64,000 nt of DNA, from contig NC_087250.1 in assembly GCF_037042905.1 (NCBI RefSeq), positions 18,664,001 through 18,728,000 on the forward strand. The letters are read 5' to 3'. A program made the translations under genes and the position numbers. Positions 12,684 to 25,723 of this stretch are shown piece by piece; within the stretch, counting starts at the first letter, position 1; the number at the start of each line of letters is the position of its first letter. The notes beneath the pieces were generated by a model. It was not told where the DNA came from, made no database searches, and was given only the letters and a program-made list of their open reading frames with translations. This stretch comes from Lytechinus pictus (taxonomy: Eukaryota).

Positions 12684-15464
12684 TAGTCCAGGATAGGCCC
12701 CATAGACAAGGGGTCGAACCTTGTTTTTTTAGATATACAATGTTTTTTGATGGTTTCTTGTCAATTCGAGGGTGCTGATTCCGAATCTGAATGATGCCAC
12801 TCTTGTAACCTTGAGCATTTCCCGCAAATTGGCAAAATCCAATATGGCCGCCAAAATATGCAAATTACCCATGAAAATCATAAAATTGCCAACACATTAG
12901 CTATAAAATGCATGTAGTTGTTGTGCAGAAGTGAAGTACCAATTGGAAAAGCGATAATTGACAAAATATTTATTTTATTGATATTCAAAATGGCCGCCAT
13001 AACCCCTGTATACTTTATTATGTAGAATATGAATGGGGAAAATATTTTTTCAAACAAGAGCACTATTATTGCATGTGATTGTGACCTGCGAGTGGACTAC
13101 TGTCTGAAAACATGACTATTAACAAAACTATGTCATTTGTATATCTAATGTGATAAATGCTGTATTATGATATTCAAAATGGCTGTCATAGACCCCTTAT
13201 ACTGTGTACAATATATAAAAGGGGACAAATAATTTTCACAACCTTTGAATTTGTTTGACTTTAAAATGCCAATAACTGCGAAATATTGGTGTAACACTGT
13301 CTGACAACAAGGATTTCTAACGAAACATATCATTTCCCTTGCAATTTCGGTAATTATGCTGCATGTTGACATTCAAAATGGCTGCCATAGGCCCTATCTG
13401 TATTATGAACAAAGCGAATGAAGAAACTAATTTTCACAAGAGTAAAAACAATAAAATGAATGTAATTGTAATCTATACGAGTGAAATATTGTCTAAACAC
13501 CTGATTTCTGGCGAAACATATCATTTCATTTTTCATGCATGAGATAAATGCTGTATTGTAAAATTCAAAATGGCCTCTATGGGCCCTTACAGTATTATCT
13601 ACAATGTAAATGGGGACAAATACTTTTGAAAGAATTAGGATTTGCCTGACTATGAAATCCATATAATTCTGTTGTATAAGGAAAATATTGTTTGAAAACG
13701 TGATTTTTTTAATGAAATATAACATTTCCTCTCCCATAGGTGATAAATACTGTATTTTGACTTCCAAAACGGCCGCACAAGCCCCTACAAATTCTGTAAC
13801 ATGCGTATAGGGAAACTAATCATCACCAGAATGAGAACCAAAAACGCACGTAACTATGTGATGTATAGGTAAAATTTGGTCTTGAACATGATTTCTGACT
13901 AAATACATCACAAAATGGTTGAGAAGGTAATAAAGGCCTTACTTTGAAATTCAAAATTGCTGCCATAGCCCAAAGTAGTATGTACATTGTAACTGGGGAC
14001 AGATAATTTTGACAAAATTTTTACTATGAAAATGGCTTAATTTTGATGTAAGTGTTAAGTATTGTCTAAACCCAATGATTTCTAACGAAATATATCATAG
14101 CTTGTGTCATAAAGGTGATGAATGCAGCCTTTTAAAAATGAAAAATGGCCGCCATAGTCCCTTATCTTAATATGTAAAATTTGAATGGGGAAAGATAATT
14201 TCCACAAAGAAACATATTGCAGCCATTTTGAAATTTAAATATAGCATTTATCACCTAAATAACATAAGAAATTATCTATTTGGTTACAAAATCATATTTT
14301 CAGACGATATTTCACTGATACATGCAACACCATTTAGTCAAGCAAAGGCAAATTCTGTTAAAATTATATGTTCCCATTCACAAAGTACATAATAGGCCTA
14401 CCGTTAGGGCCTGTAGCGGCCATTTTGACTTTCAAAATACATTAATTATCACCTACCTGGCAGAATGAATGATATATCTTGTTAGGAATTATGTTTTCAG
14501 ACAATATTTTACTCTTAAATCACAATTATATGCATGTTATGGTGCTGTTTCATGTGAAAATTTGTTTCCCAGATCGATTGTACATAATACAGTCAATGTC
14601 TTTTGGCGGCCATTTTGAAAGTCAAAATACAATATTTAACACAAATATGAAACCCGAATAATATATTTCGTTGCAAATTATATTTGTAGACAGTATTCCA
14701 CTAATTTACCACAAAAGAATACGTTTTAGTGCTCACCTTGTGATTGTTTTTGTCCTCTCTCACATCGTAGATCATAATTTTAGGGCCTTTGGCGGTCATA
14801 TTAAATATCAAAATACAGGGTTTATCACATACATGGCATGTTAAATAATAAATTTCGTTAACAATATTGTTTTTAGTCAGTATTCCACTCGTTTATCTCA
14901 ACAAAATGCATTTTAGTGCTCACTCTTGTGATTTTTTTGTGTCACCATTCACATTGTACATAATAGTGTTAGGGCTTTTGAAGGCCATTTTGAATATCAA
15001 AATACAGGATTTATCACATAACTGACATAACAAATGATATATATCGTTAGCAATCATGTTTACAGACATTGCTTCACTCATAGATCATAATTACTTGCAT
15101 TTCAGTGCTCAATTTTGTAAAAATTAATTTTTCCCATTCATATTGTACAGGGGTCTATGATGGCGGCCATTTTGATATCAAGAAAATAAATATTTTGACA
15201 AAAATCATTTTTTCAGATATTATTTCACTCCGGCAGCACAATTGCATGTACTTTAAAGCCAATGTGTGGACAATTTTATGATTTTCATGGGTAATTTGAA
15301 TATTTTGGCGGCCATATTGGATTTTGCCAATTTGCAGAAAATGCTCAAGGTTACACGAGTGGCATCATTCAGATTCGGAATCAGCACCCTCGAATTGACA
15401 AGAAACCATCAAAAAACATTGTATATATAAAAAAACAAGGTTCGACCCCTTCTATCCTGGACTA
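12684..15464. mobile_element. Foldback non-autonomous DNA transposon, Academ-like (TAG...CTA ends, 3-bp TSD)
   Basis: ATG|TAGTCCAGGATAG ... CTATCCTGGACTA|ATG. The outer ~250 bp are near-perfect inverted repeats; internal ~190-bp subrepeats switch orientation near 14200. Confidence 0.85.
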
Positions 15465-16929
15465 ATGCTTATGAAGGTAATAGTAAATATCATAGTCAAA
15501 GGTGATCTTGAGGCTACATGCCTACTATTTTCCTCGAGACCAAAGGTCGCGGGAAAAATAATAGGCCTATAATGATATCAAGATTAACGAGATGTAATAG
15601 TTTTACCTTAAACTGGATAAAGGAGTTTTACAATATTTGTTTCACATACCGATTTTAAGGGCATCAAATCACATCAGCAATGTTTTCCCGGGCTTTTCGC
15701 CGGTTCCCCCCGCTTTGCGGGGAACCCTCCTTCACCAGAGGGGTATCAAGCCTTGCTAAATAAGCCCTGATAATCAGAGGCCGATACTCCCGTTAGCGAC
15801 ATCACAATTCCTACCACGCTACTGCTCCTACTGCTCCAGGGCCGTAGCTAGAGTGGGGGGGGGGGGGGGGGACGCTCCCAACATTCATAGCAGTCGGCAA
15901 ATTCATGTACCAGTTGGGAAAATGGAGGATAGAGGAGAAAAAAAAGAGAAATAAAGAGAGAGGAAAAAAAGAAAAAGAGAGAAAGAAATAAGGAAGGAAA
16001 AGAAAAAAAGGAGAAAAAAGAACATAATAGAAAGAAAGAAAGAAAGAAAGAAAGAAAGGGAGGTAGATAGAAAGAGCCTGATATTTAGTACTTATACCTT
16101 CGAAGAAGGCTAAAGAATGGAGACTTATAGAGTAAAGACTACCAGTTGGCAAATCCAAGTCCATGTAGGCAGGCTTAGGGCCCTACCCGTCAGGGATAAG
16201 AAAGATGGAGCTATAAAATACAAAGTAAGCAACAAAAAAAAACCACAATTATTGACGAATTGACTTTCACACTAGTTTTTCAAAATAAGGAGAGGCAGGA
16301 TTAGATAACGAATATGGGGTTGGGTGAATCTCCAAAGTTGAAGTTAAATAATTAGAGCCATAGTATATTTGGAAAATTATATATGGAGTGGGCTAATTAA
16401 AGTGGCAAAACACTATATGCTCCACCAGTCTGTAAAGTGCTGTACAATTACTACCCAGTTGGCAAAATTCAGATCTGAAAAGAACAGAACGCAAGGCTTA
16501 AAGACTGGTAGCTCATGTTTAGCCATCTGCAGTTGGCGAATTCATGATGCCGAGTCAACAAGTTTGCAGTTGGCAAAAAAAAAAATGTCCTGAGTGAGTA
16601 GGCCTACATAAAATTATTATATTATATCACATACGAATTTCCATTCATAACTTTATGAAATATATTTTGCTTAGGGCCTATGGGCGCATCACTCCTGGTG
16701 CTCGCATATTTGTCTGTTTAATGAGATAAATAATCATTTTCAAAGGGATTAAATGGCACTAAAACATCCAGTTTTCAAGTCAATATACACCAAACATATT
16801 TCCTCGCACTTCGAGCTTTAATTACTTCATGTAGTAACATTATGCTTTTTTTTTCATGACTACTTAAAGTGATTGCCCCCTTTTAAGGTCTGAATATAAA
16901 ACATTTCCAGTTCTTGGCATTTTATTTTA

Positions 16930-18135
16930 TATATTCGCACTTTAAGAGAACATTGATGTATTATGTATGTAGATGATATTTTGATGGAGCGTACAGCGAC
17001 CGAGCGAGATGTGGTGCAAATTGCATCAATACGACATTTTTCTCTTTTAATGTAAGCTTATGAAATGAAACTAATTTTAGGGGCTAGTTGCTCTCATACT
17101 AGCTTATATTCGCACTTTAAGATAACATTTGACATGTTTGGTGTATTCTGTATGTAGATGGCATTTTGAGGGAGCGTGTAGCGACCGAGCGAGATGTGGT
17201 GCAAATTGCATCAGTACGGCCTTTCTCTCTTTTAATGTAATTGTATGTAATGTAACTAATTTTAGGGGCTTATAGTTGCTCTCATACTAGCTTATATTCG
17301 CACTTTGTTAAGAGAACATTTGACATGTTTGGTGTATTCTGTATAGAGATGCCATTTTGAGGGAGCGTGTAGCGACCAAGCGAGATGTTGTGCAAATTGC
17401 ATCAATACGGCCTTTCCCTCTTTTAATGTAATTGTATGTAATGTAACTAATTTTAAGGGCTAGTTGCCCTCATACTAGCTTATATTCACACTTTAAGGGA
17501 GCATTGGTGTATTCTGTATATAGATGCCATTTTGAGGGAGCGTGTAGCGACCGAGCGAGATGTGGTGCAAATTGCATTAATACGACCTTTTTCTCTTTTA
17601 ATGTAATTGTATGTAATGTAACTAATTTTAGGGGCTAGTTGCCCTCATACTAGCTTATATTCACACTTTAAGGGATCATTGGTGTATTGTGTATATAGAT
17701 GCCATTTTGAGGGAGCGTATAGCGACCGAGCGAGATGTGGTGCAAATCGCATCAATACGCCCTTTTTCTTATTTAATGTAAGCTTATGAAATGAAACTAA
17801 TTTTAGGGGCTAGTCGCCCCTCATACTAGCTTATATTCGCACTTTGTTAAGAGAACATTTGACATGTTTGGTGTATTCTGTATGTAGATGGCATTTTGAG
17901 GGAGCGTGTAGCGACCGAGCGAGATGTTGTGCAAATTGCATCAATATGACCTTTTTCTCTTTTAATGTAATTTTATGTAATGTAACTAATTTTAGGGGCT
18001 AGTTGCCCTCATACTAGCTTATATTCACACTTTAAGGGAGCATTGATTTATTCTGTATATAGATGCCATTTTGAGGGAGCGTGTAGCCACCGAGCGAGAT
18101 GTGGTGCAAATTGCACCAATACGACCTTTCTCTAT
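16930..18135. repeat. Satellite-like tandem array, ~6.6 units of ~175-190 bp
   Basis: Unit atattcgcactttaag...gagggagcgtgtagcgaccgagcgagatgtggtgcaaattgcatc...gggctagttgccctcatactagctt, starting ~16931, 17106, 17294, 17482, 17656, 17833, 18021. Confidence 0.95.
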
Positions 18136-19408
18136 AATGAAAATAATTTCATGCTAGCTTTGCTTTTTTTTAGCAAGCCCCTAAGCCCCACCAATAAAAT
18201 ACATGCAAAGATAAACTGAGTAATTCCATTTTCGATTTGTGTTCCTTAAATCTATATGATACTATTGTCTTGTAAATAATATTTTACCTGTTACGCTCTG
18301 TAATCATGTGAGGTAAAAGGGTAAAACGGAAATCATTAAATCAATTATGTGTTAGGTCCTATCATTAATCAATCATATATTTGTTTTAACATGCTAGATT
18401 AGTTGGAAACATCACGTTTCCTTGATATTTTACATTTTCATGTTCACGTAATATTCATTTTACTTTTTTGCACTGTTTTGTAATAATAATAATAATAATA
18501 ACAATAACGTCATATTTTACCCAGGAAAGCCACTTCAGTTCTAAAAACTGTTCTACCAGCGGGCCCTGCTTAACATGAAAATGTTACTATCACCCCGGCT
18601 TTAGACCGTTAATTGTCGAAGTTTGGTTTTAAATAGCCACAAGCAAAAGACAACATATCTTGATTGTTTTTGTCCTCTTTATATATCTTTAGTTTTATAT
18701 GCAATGCAATATTTCCCTCTGTTCCGTAATCTTTCACTAACTGTTCTGTTAAAATTTGACCTTGTGATATGTGATAGATACATAATCATTCTTCTTCTTC
18801 TTCTTTTCCTCATCCTCTTCCCTCTTCTCCTCCTACGCTCCCTCTTACTCCTCCTCCTCCTCTTCTTCTTCTTCTTTTCTCCTGCTTTTCCTCCCCCGCT
18901 TCTACTTCTTCTTTTCCGCCTTCTCCTCCTCCGCCTCCTCCTCATCTTCCTATGATCACTTTGTAATATTTTATTGATGATTCTTTTCATGTTAACATAA
19001 TTATTAATTTTATATTTTTTTGCTGAGCACTGTCTTTAATCAGTCTTGGGATTGTATGGGCATTGTAACCTTGTCTAAATCAAATCAATCTTTTCTTATC
19101 TTAATCATATGTTAATCAAATAAAAAAATCAATTGTGAATTCAGTGACACTTGTTCTTCTTCCTAGTATTCTTATTAGCCCATATTTGCTTTAAAGCTCA
19201 AGGGGATCTACAACGATTGTCATTACAAGAAACGGATTATTCTGAATGCAATGTCTAATTAAATAATTTGAAGAAAAAAAATGAGTATATATGAGGATGT
19301 GTGTATGGCAGTAGTTTTGGTAGTGGCGGTCGATTAGTGACGGTTAATTTGCCCGGGTGTGGGTGATTATGTTTATGTGAGTGTGTGTGTCTGAAAGAGA
19401 GAGAGAGA

Positions 19409-19448
<40 letters not shown>

Positions 19449-19858
19449 CAAATTACACATGAAACATTCGGTAGTGCCTGGCAAGATAAATCAAATGCAA
19501 CTTGGTTTTGAGCCAATTATACACGAGTATGCCTTTAAATTAAATAGTGAGTGTGTAGTATGTGTGCGACTGTATGTCTGTTTCTTTTCGAGTGTGAGAA
19601 ATCCCTTGTGGCATCGAGTTCTGACGTAAAAAAATTGACATTATTAGAGCAAACGTGACACAAGCATTGCCCAGGGCCCCCAAGAGTTCAAATATTTAAT
19701 TTCCAAAAAGGGGTTAGAATCCAAAATCATGAAAATAGAATATAAAAAGTGAAGACCCTCTGTTTTTTTTCTCCAAATGTGAGGGTGTGTGTGAGGGTGA
19801 GGAAAAGGCCAGAGGAGAGAGAGAGAGAGAAAAAAAAAAGGGAAAGAGAATGAGAATA

Positions 19859-21214
19859 CAGTGCGTATTAAAAAAAACGGGACAGATTTGAAAAGGCTAT
19901 ACATTTTTCGTTTCAATTTATGATGTCAATATTTTGGTGTTAATAGGACTGGTGCTCTGAAGTCTTATCTTTCAAATGCCATTGAAAAATAGTTTCGTTC
20001 ATGCTTGAGCGAACGTGGAATGTTTTTGTGTGGGGGTTTAAAAGGAGGCTTGCGCAAAAATGGCATAAAATGATAAATATGATGATCGGACTTCTTGCTA
20101 ATCAGCAGACTTCCTCTTAACCTTGTCATTATCTTTGCCATAATTTTCGAATTATGCGGGCAAAATTCATTTTCAAATCTGTTTATTTACTTGAAATGTT
20201 CTATTTTTTATAAATATGTTCTCTTTTATTAAACCTTGAATATTCCTTCTTTAAGCAAAAACAATTTTTTTTCAACCGAAGTATGGGAGAGCGTGTATTT
20301 TTTTTCCAAATCCTTATTGTGTGCCACAGGGGCTATGGTGCCTTTAAACAGTGGCATACAGATGGGCGGAGGCTCGGGGGTGTCCCCCCCCCAATAAAAA
20401 AATCATGACCAAGAAAAAAAGTGGAGAGGAAGTAAAAAGAAATATAGAAAGTGAAATGTGATTTATATTCTGAATATTATGTCAAAATCTATCACAAATT
20501 TGATATTTTAATAAAAAAAGTGAAAATTTCGCTCGCTCACAACCTTTTAATACATTTTATCCGATCTGCCATATCTTGCTCCTTCAAAATTGACTCAATA
20601 CACCATACATTGCCATTGAAAGACATGAATCCCTTCCTGTTTGTCCTGTCAAGCATATAATTAAACTTGGTCAAGGAATCAATAAACCCTTGAAAATGGG
20701 ATTAATGTTTTTTAAAGGTACCATAACATAATTTGTTTCACATAATAAAAGGTTTTGAATAATTACAAGTTCTCCCAATTGACAATGCAAATCTTTTTGC
20801 TTTGGTTGACAAAAAAGTCTTTTCTTCTTACTTATGAAGGAAAATTCAAAGGTTAAAGAAGCTTTAATGAAAAAAAAACAAAATAATTCAAGTAAATAAA
20901 TAAATTTGTACATGAAATTTGACAGCATAATTCGAAAATCATGGCAAAGATAATGAAAAGGTTAATAGGAAGTCTGCTGATTAGCAAGAAGTCTGTTCAT
21001 CAAATTTCTCATTTCTGCCATTTTGGCGCAAGCCTCTTTTTGAACCCCAACAAAAACTTCCGTTTTCGCTCAAGCATGAACAAAATTAAATTTTTTAAAT
21101 GGCATTTCAAAGATAAGATTCCAGAGCATCTATTAACATCAAAATATACATATCATAATTAAAAAAAAAATTATAGACTTTTCAAATCTGTCTCGTTTTT
21201 TTTTATACGCACTG
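19859..21214. mobile_element. Tc1/mariner-like MITE (different family) with an internal insertion at ~20350-20650
   Basis: TA|CAGTGCGTATtAAAAAAAACGgGACAGATTTGAAAAG ... CTTTTCAAATCTGTCtCGTTTTTTTTATACGCACTG|TA; inverted arms ~300-380 bp. Confidence 0.85.
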
Positions 21215-21748
21215 TATTGTATGGGTGCGAGCACGGGTGCGTGAAATATTTTTCATTTGCCATTGACACGCCAGACTTGTTTTTCATTTACCTACTGAAC
21301 ACTGATGTGTCTAGACAACATCGAAGCCTGTATCGGTAAGTTAATTAGGACGTGTAATATTTTTCACACCGCGTTGATTTTAATACAATGTATGTAGAAA
21401 AAATAGGTATCTAGTACATGAAATTACCTTTTCGCCATTTATGCTGGGTGTGATTAAAAAGGCTGATTTGAATGAGTGGATAAATAATGACAATAATGTT
21501 GATGATGATAATAATCGTACAAAAGGAGGGGAGGAGGAATAAAAATAAGAAGATTATGAAGAAGAAAAAGAAGATGGAGAAGAAGAAGGAGAAGAAGAAG
21601 AAGATGGAGAAGAAGAATAAGATGAAGAAAACGAAGAAAACGAAGAAAACGAAGAAGAGAATAGCAATGAGCAAGAAATAAAGACGGGAAAGGGAATGAT
21701 GGGAATGATAAATCAATTCTTGTATCACACAGCATAACTGTCCATGTT

Positions 21749-21779
<31 letters not shown>

Positions 21780-22304
21780 TTTCTGTTTTAAGTGAGCATC
21801 ATTTCCATGTCAAGTAAGCGACACCCCTTTTCAAGTGAGAGGCAGAGGGTGCTGATTGAGCGACCAAAGTGCTAAATGAGCATCAAAATTCCCAAGTGAG
21901 CAACATGACTGCAGAGTGAGATGGAGAGAAAGATAAAGAAAAGCATTCACTATGATTATCAGTCTTGAGTGAAAAATAAATAGTGTATGCACGACAACAT
22001 TGGCCTACTATATTACAAAAAGTAGGTTTCTAAAATACTTCAAAATAAAGGGGTACATAGGGGTGAAAATAATTATCTAAATAAAATGAAATTCACCGAG
22101 CAAAATGCTGACATTTCATCAACATCTGATAACAAATTTCAAAGTTATTGAATTTAAAGTTTAGCAATAGTTTGTGAGATTGATTAATATGCACACCGTC
22201 ATGAACCAGAAGCGGAACGGGCCAAATATTTTGAGGGGGTCAAGCATGGCGTCAAGATTTCTTAGAAGATTGGAGCGAACGAAGCGACCGCGCGAAAAGT
22301 TTAA

Positions 22305-23511
22305 CATGTTGGGGGAATCAACATCAAAATCTTAACCTAAGGTTAAGTTATTTAAATGTCTTCATAACTTAAAAAATATATGGACCTAGTTCACGAAACT
22401 AGGTCATAAGGGTAATCAAATATTACTGAACATCTTGCCTGAGTTTCAAGTCACATTGACCAAGATTAAAGGTAAATTAACTTTGGCCATTTTGGAGGTA
22501 ATTATTAGATTGATTTCATAACTTTAAAAGTTTATAAATCTGATTCATGGAACTTGGACATAAGAGTAATGAAGTATCACTAAACATCCTGTGCGAGTTT
22601 CAGGTCACATGACTAAGGTCAAAGGCCATTCAATGTCAATGAACTTTGGCCAAGTTGGGGGTATTTGTTGAATTACCATCATAACTTTGAAAGTCTATTG
22701 GTTTAGTTCATAAAACCTGGACATGAGAGTAATCAAGTATTACTGAACATCCTGTGCGAGTTTCAGGTCACATGACCAAGGTCTAAGGTCAATGAACTTT
22801 GGCCATGTTAGGGATATTTGTTGAATTACCATCATAACTTTGAAAGTTTATTGGTTTAGTTAATAAAACTTGGACATAAGAGTAATCAAGTATCACTGAA
22901 CATCTTGTGCGAATTTTAGGTCACATGACTGAGGTCAAAGGTCATTTAAGGTCAATGAACTTTGGCCATCTTGGGGGTATTTGTTGAATTACCATCATAA
23001 CTTTGAAAGTTTATGGATCTGATTCATACAACTTGGACATAAGAGTTATCAGGTATCACTGAACATCCTGTGATAGTTTCGGGTCTTATGATCAAGGTCA
23101 AAGATCAATGAACTTTGTCCATGTTTGGGGTATTTGTTTAATAACCATCATAACTCTGAAAGTGTATAGATCTAGTTCATAAAACTTGGACATAAGAGTC
23201 ATCAAGTACCACTGAAGATCTCATGCGAGTTTCAGGTCACATGATCAAAGTCAAATGTCATTTAAGGCGAATAAACTTTGGCGATTTTGTAGGTAATTAT
23301 TCAACTTTCAATGTTTATAGATATAGTTTATAAAATGTGGATATAGGGGTAATCAAGTCAAATGCCATTTATTGCTAATGAACATAGTATTGTATCATTA
23401 TACGAATGGTGGTTTTTGTGAATAATTATTTTATAATAGTTTTCAAAGTCTGCACTGCTGCTATATTGAACCGCGTGATGAAGGTGAGACTGCCAAAGGC
23501 GCTCCACTTGT
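22305..23511 (+). mobile_element. Helentron-associated (HINE-like) element, 5'-truncated, with ~6 tandem ~155-165-bp units
   Basis: Repeated aggtcacatgaccaaggtcaaaggtca unit; 3' end aggtgagactgccaaaggcgctccacttg is shared with the copies at 30260 and 49915. Confidence 0.75.
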
Positions 23512-25215
23512 TATTGATTTAAAACGAAAGAGGGACCCCACTTTCAGAAAACGATTGCATGAGATATGTTGATTGAAAAGTCAAAACAGCCATTAAATTG
23601 AAGAACCCAAATTTAAATGTTTGATAGTCTGTAGACATAATAAATACATTATCTGCAAGAATAGAACAAAGAAAAAAGTATGATATGAAATATCATTAAT
23701 GAGATAGTTCTTATTGTATATCTGCTTTTGATTATAAAATATAGAGTTCGATGTTTTAACTAGTCTTAAATTTAATATCATGAGCATTAAAAAGAATGTG
23801 TATTTGCTTAATTCTTAAATGTATAATGAGTGGGATTTGAAAATTTGTTTAGGTTAAACCCCAAATAACTTCTATTCTATTTCCTGCTTTATTCAAACAT
23901 AGAATTGAGTAAAACTATACTGAAAGGGAATTTTTGAGGTAAATTCCTTGAGGTAAAATTAATTTGTGGTTACAATACCTAAGTCACAGTCATATAGATA
24001 AAAATGTGACGCTAAAATATCTTAGCACCCTCTCTAAGAGCCTATAGGAATACACGTAAACGGAGTATAGATGTATCAGCTGCAAATCACCAACGCATGC
24101 AAGGCAATGACTATTACCTCTAAGATGGCGGCACCCTGACGTCAATATAAATATCTATAGTCGAAGAAACGCTTCTACTCGAATTGTAATATGAGGTGCA
24201 AACTAATTCCTTCAAAAAAAATGAAAAAATAAAGAATAAAGATAAAACACCAGGAAAATAACAATTTGAACTGTCCTGCCCTAGCTTGCTTTTCCAGCGA
24301 ATTAGCACAGACGGGCAGTGAAAAAAGTTACAAAGTTACATTATGTTTATAGTCAGCAGACGCATTCGTCATGTTTGTATGTGTTTGTCTTTGTGTGTAC
24401 CTTTACTCACTGTGCATGTCTATTGTCTCATTTACAAAATGAATTACAAACATTACATAATCTATGACATGTAAAAGAGTGAGTATTTATAGACATTGTA
24501 CTACATGATTTGAGATCTTTTCATTTTTATCAACATGTCAAGAATTTTTTTTTTTCATATACCGAAATTACGGTAATCTTGTATTGCAATTACCAAAGAA
24601 CAATTGCTGTGAGTAGACATTCTCTTATCGTGGATCGAAAATTTATAATGATCTCCCGCTTAATCTTCGTAGACCCAGCACACTCACTTAATTAATACTG
24701 ACATTGATGAATAGTTGATATTGAAGGTTTGGTCGACGGAAAATGAGGATCGACTGGGGGTATCCTTCAGGATTATAGCGAAATGTGGCCTGATATTGTA
24801 TGCTCCCTTCTTTGTGAGATAATCATGCTTCTTTTATCACTCATTAATGGTATTATTTTGTCTCAAATTCATAAATCATTCCAATACTTGTTATAAATGG
24901 ATTCATATGTCAGGTGCGTGCTTTATTATTTCTTATGTTACTTTGATCGGACCTCTAGGAAGAAGAATATTATGCCAAAATTTCCATGTCAAACATTTGC
25001 ATGTGCATTGATATCTTTCCGTTTTATCATTAACATCAACAACTTATGCAAAATATTAGCATTTGACACAAAAGAGGATATATTGAGAATATGGATGTGC
25101 TTCATGACAGTATTCCTGTCTTAATTTGCGTGCCATCTGTCACATGTGCTGTCTTGAATCAAATTGGGCATGTATAGGAGGATCTGAGGTTTTGAAAATA
25201 AGGATCATTTGTTAA

Positions 25216-25723
25216 AGGGGAAGTTCACCCTGACAAAAAAGTTTATTGTAAAAATATGAGCAGAAAAAATCATAAAAAATATTGCCGAAGTTTTAAGAAA
25301 AATCCACCAAAGAATTTAAAAGTTATAAGAATTGTGATTACTCGATTTGTGACGTCATAATGCGAGCAGCATTCCTACAAAGCGAATAATAAAAAATCAA
25401 TGAAATGTCATTTTCTCAGAAAATTGAAAATGGATTTTACTGTACCTTTTGTATACTAATAGACAAATCATTTTACACCCTATCATGAGGAGAAAATAAA
25501 AATAAGTCATCAAGAACCATAACAAAATGAAATTTATGCATTTTATATTACATAACATATAGGGCAGCTGCTCGTTTATGACGTCACAAATCCAAAACTT
25601 AAAATTCTAATAACCTTTTTAATATTTGACGGACTTTTCTCAAGCCTTCAATATATTTTTATTATTTTGTCTGCTATTTCTACAACAAACTTTTCTTTAG
25701 CATGTTTAGTGTGAACTTCACCT
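25216..25723. mobile_element. Kolobok-like MITE (TTAA TSD)
   Basis: TTAA|AGGgGAAGTTCAC ... GTGAACTTCaCCT|TTAA; internal inverted tgtgacgtcata motifs. Confidence 0.82.

Noticed and set aside
16930..18135. Possible CRISPR array
   Set aside because: Whole units repeat with no unique spacers, there are no cas genes, and the context is eukaryotic with introns.
18623..18990. Leu-rich and Arg/Lys-rich ORFs (similarly 5978-6262, 21411-21735, 49187-49564)
   Set aside because: Low-complexity CT/GA tracts with no splice or domain support.
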